64,000 nucleotides of DNA from Octopus vulgaris (Eukaryota): the NCBI GenBank assembly GCA_951406725.2, contig OX597827.1:77314001-77378000 (forward strand), read 5' to 3'. How positions within the stretch are numbered: the first letter of the stretch is position 1; every line of letters starts with the position of its first letter. Shown here piece after piece: positions 63,109 to 64,000 of this stretch. The notes below the pieces were generated by a model. The model did not search any database. It saw only the letters and a program-made list of their open reading frames with translations, and was not told the DNA's origin. The translations under genes were made by a program, and so were the position numbers.

Positions 63109-64000
63109 GGATGCGTGTGTGTGTGTGTGTATTAGATCCATACAGATACACATTCCTCCCACACAGTTCTGATCCTCTTCATATTTATAGATATCTATCG
63201 CCAAGCATCCACTCTCACACTCTCTCCATTCATTAAAATACAATACTTTTTGTTTTGTTTCTTTTTTTCACCAATCTTCTTACCTCTCTCCTCTTCCTCT
63301 CCCCCCGACCATCTCCGTAACACAACTACACACTTTCACAATGTTTATCACACACACATATATTCAAGTAAGCACATACATTCATAAATGCACACACACA
63401 CACACACACAAACACACATACCAAAAAATCTGAAAGTATTCTCTCAGCTAACAGACACACAAACACACACGCATTCACACACAAATCCATAAATAATGTC
63501 TCTGTCTATTGTCACACGTATACAGACACACACATTCAGAAACGTACACACGCGCACACACACACACACACACAGATACGAGCGCGCACGCACACACACA
63601 TGCACACACACACACACGTACGCATACAATTGTTTGTTTTTTTTGCATCCTTTCCTCTTTGTCTCTCAACGTTACTCTCCTCCTACATCCTTCCCTGAGA
63701 CAATAAACATACACTCTCTCTCTCTACCCCTCAGTCTATCACCTTCTCCTTTCCCTTTTCCCTCTCTCTACCCCTCACTCTGTCACCCTCTCCTTCCTCT
63801 CTCTCCCTCTGTTTCTCCCTCTCACAAAGTTTTCCTCCAATCCATCACTCACTACTACTACCACTACAATTACTATAAAAAAACTCCCCGTCGTTGCTTC
63901 TTAATTCACCAACAACGGGGTTTCTCCGCGGTTGCTCCACCTTGTTAGAAATAGCAACCAAATCTTCCTCACATCACACCTGACCATAATGTGACCTTAG

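Overview
Eukaryotic, AT-rich, microsatellite- and SINE-dense genomic DNA. The repeat families and tandem single-coding-exon C2H2 genes look like an Octopus (coleoid cephalopod) C2H2 zinc-finger cluster; this is an inference, not verified. Only two of the listed ORFs are convincing host genes, both on the minus strand: a ~570-aa protein with a duplicated 3-finger block and HQ/polyQ tracts (14137-15849), and an ~828-aa protein with ~21 fingers in a periodic A-B-C(C) pattern (40878-43364). The rest is four tRNA-/RTE-related SINE families, RTE LINE remnants, Tc1/mariner, hAT and piggyBac-type relics and MITEs, minisatellites and simple repeats. Most notable observations: (1) a ~260-bp palindrome carrying a type I hammerhead ribozyme fold on each strand, plus two other repeat families with minimal hammerhead-like motifs; (2) a short C-terminal motif ENNYxWxR shared by the two otherwise dissimilar zinc-finger proteins; (3) a ~34-35-bp-periodic array of RFX X-box motifs; (4) a ~34-bp array with a palindromic core downstream of ZNF gene 1. 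Coordinates were read by eye, and repeat boundaries are approximate.
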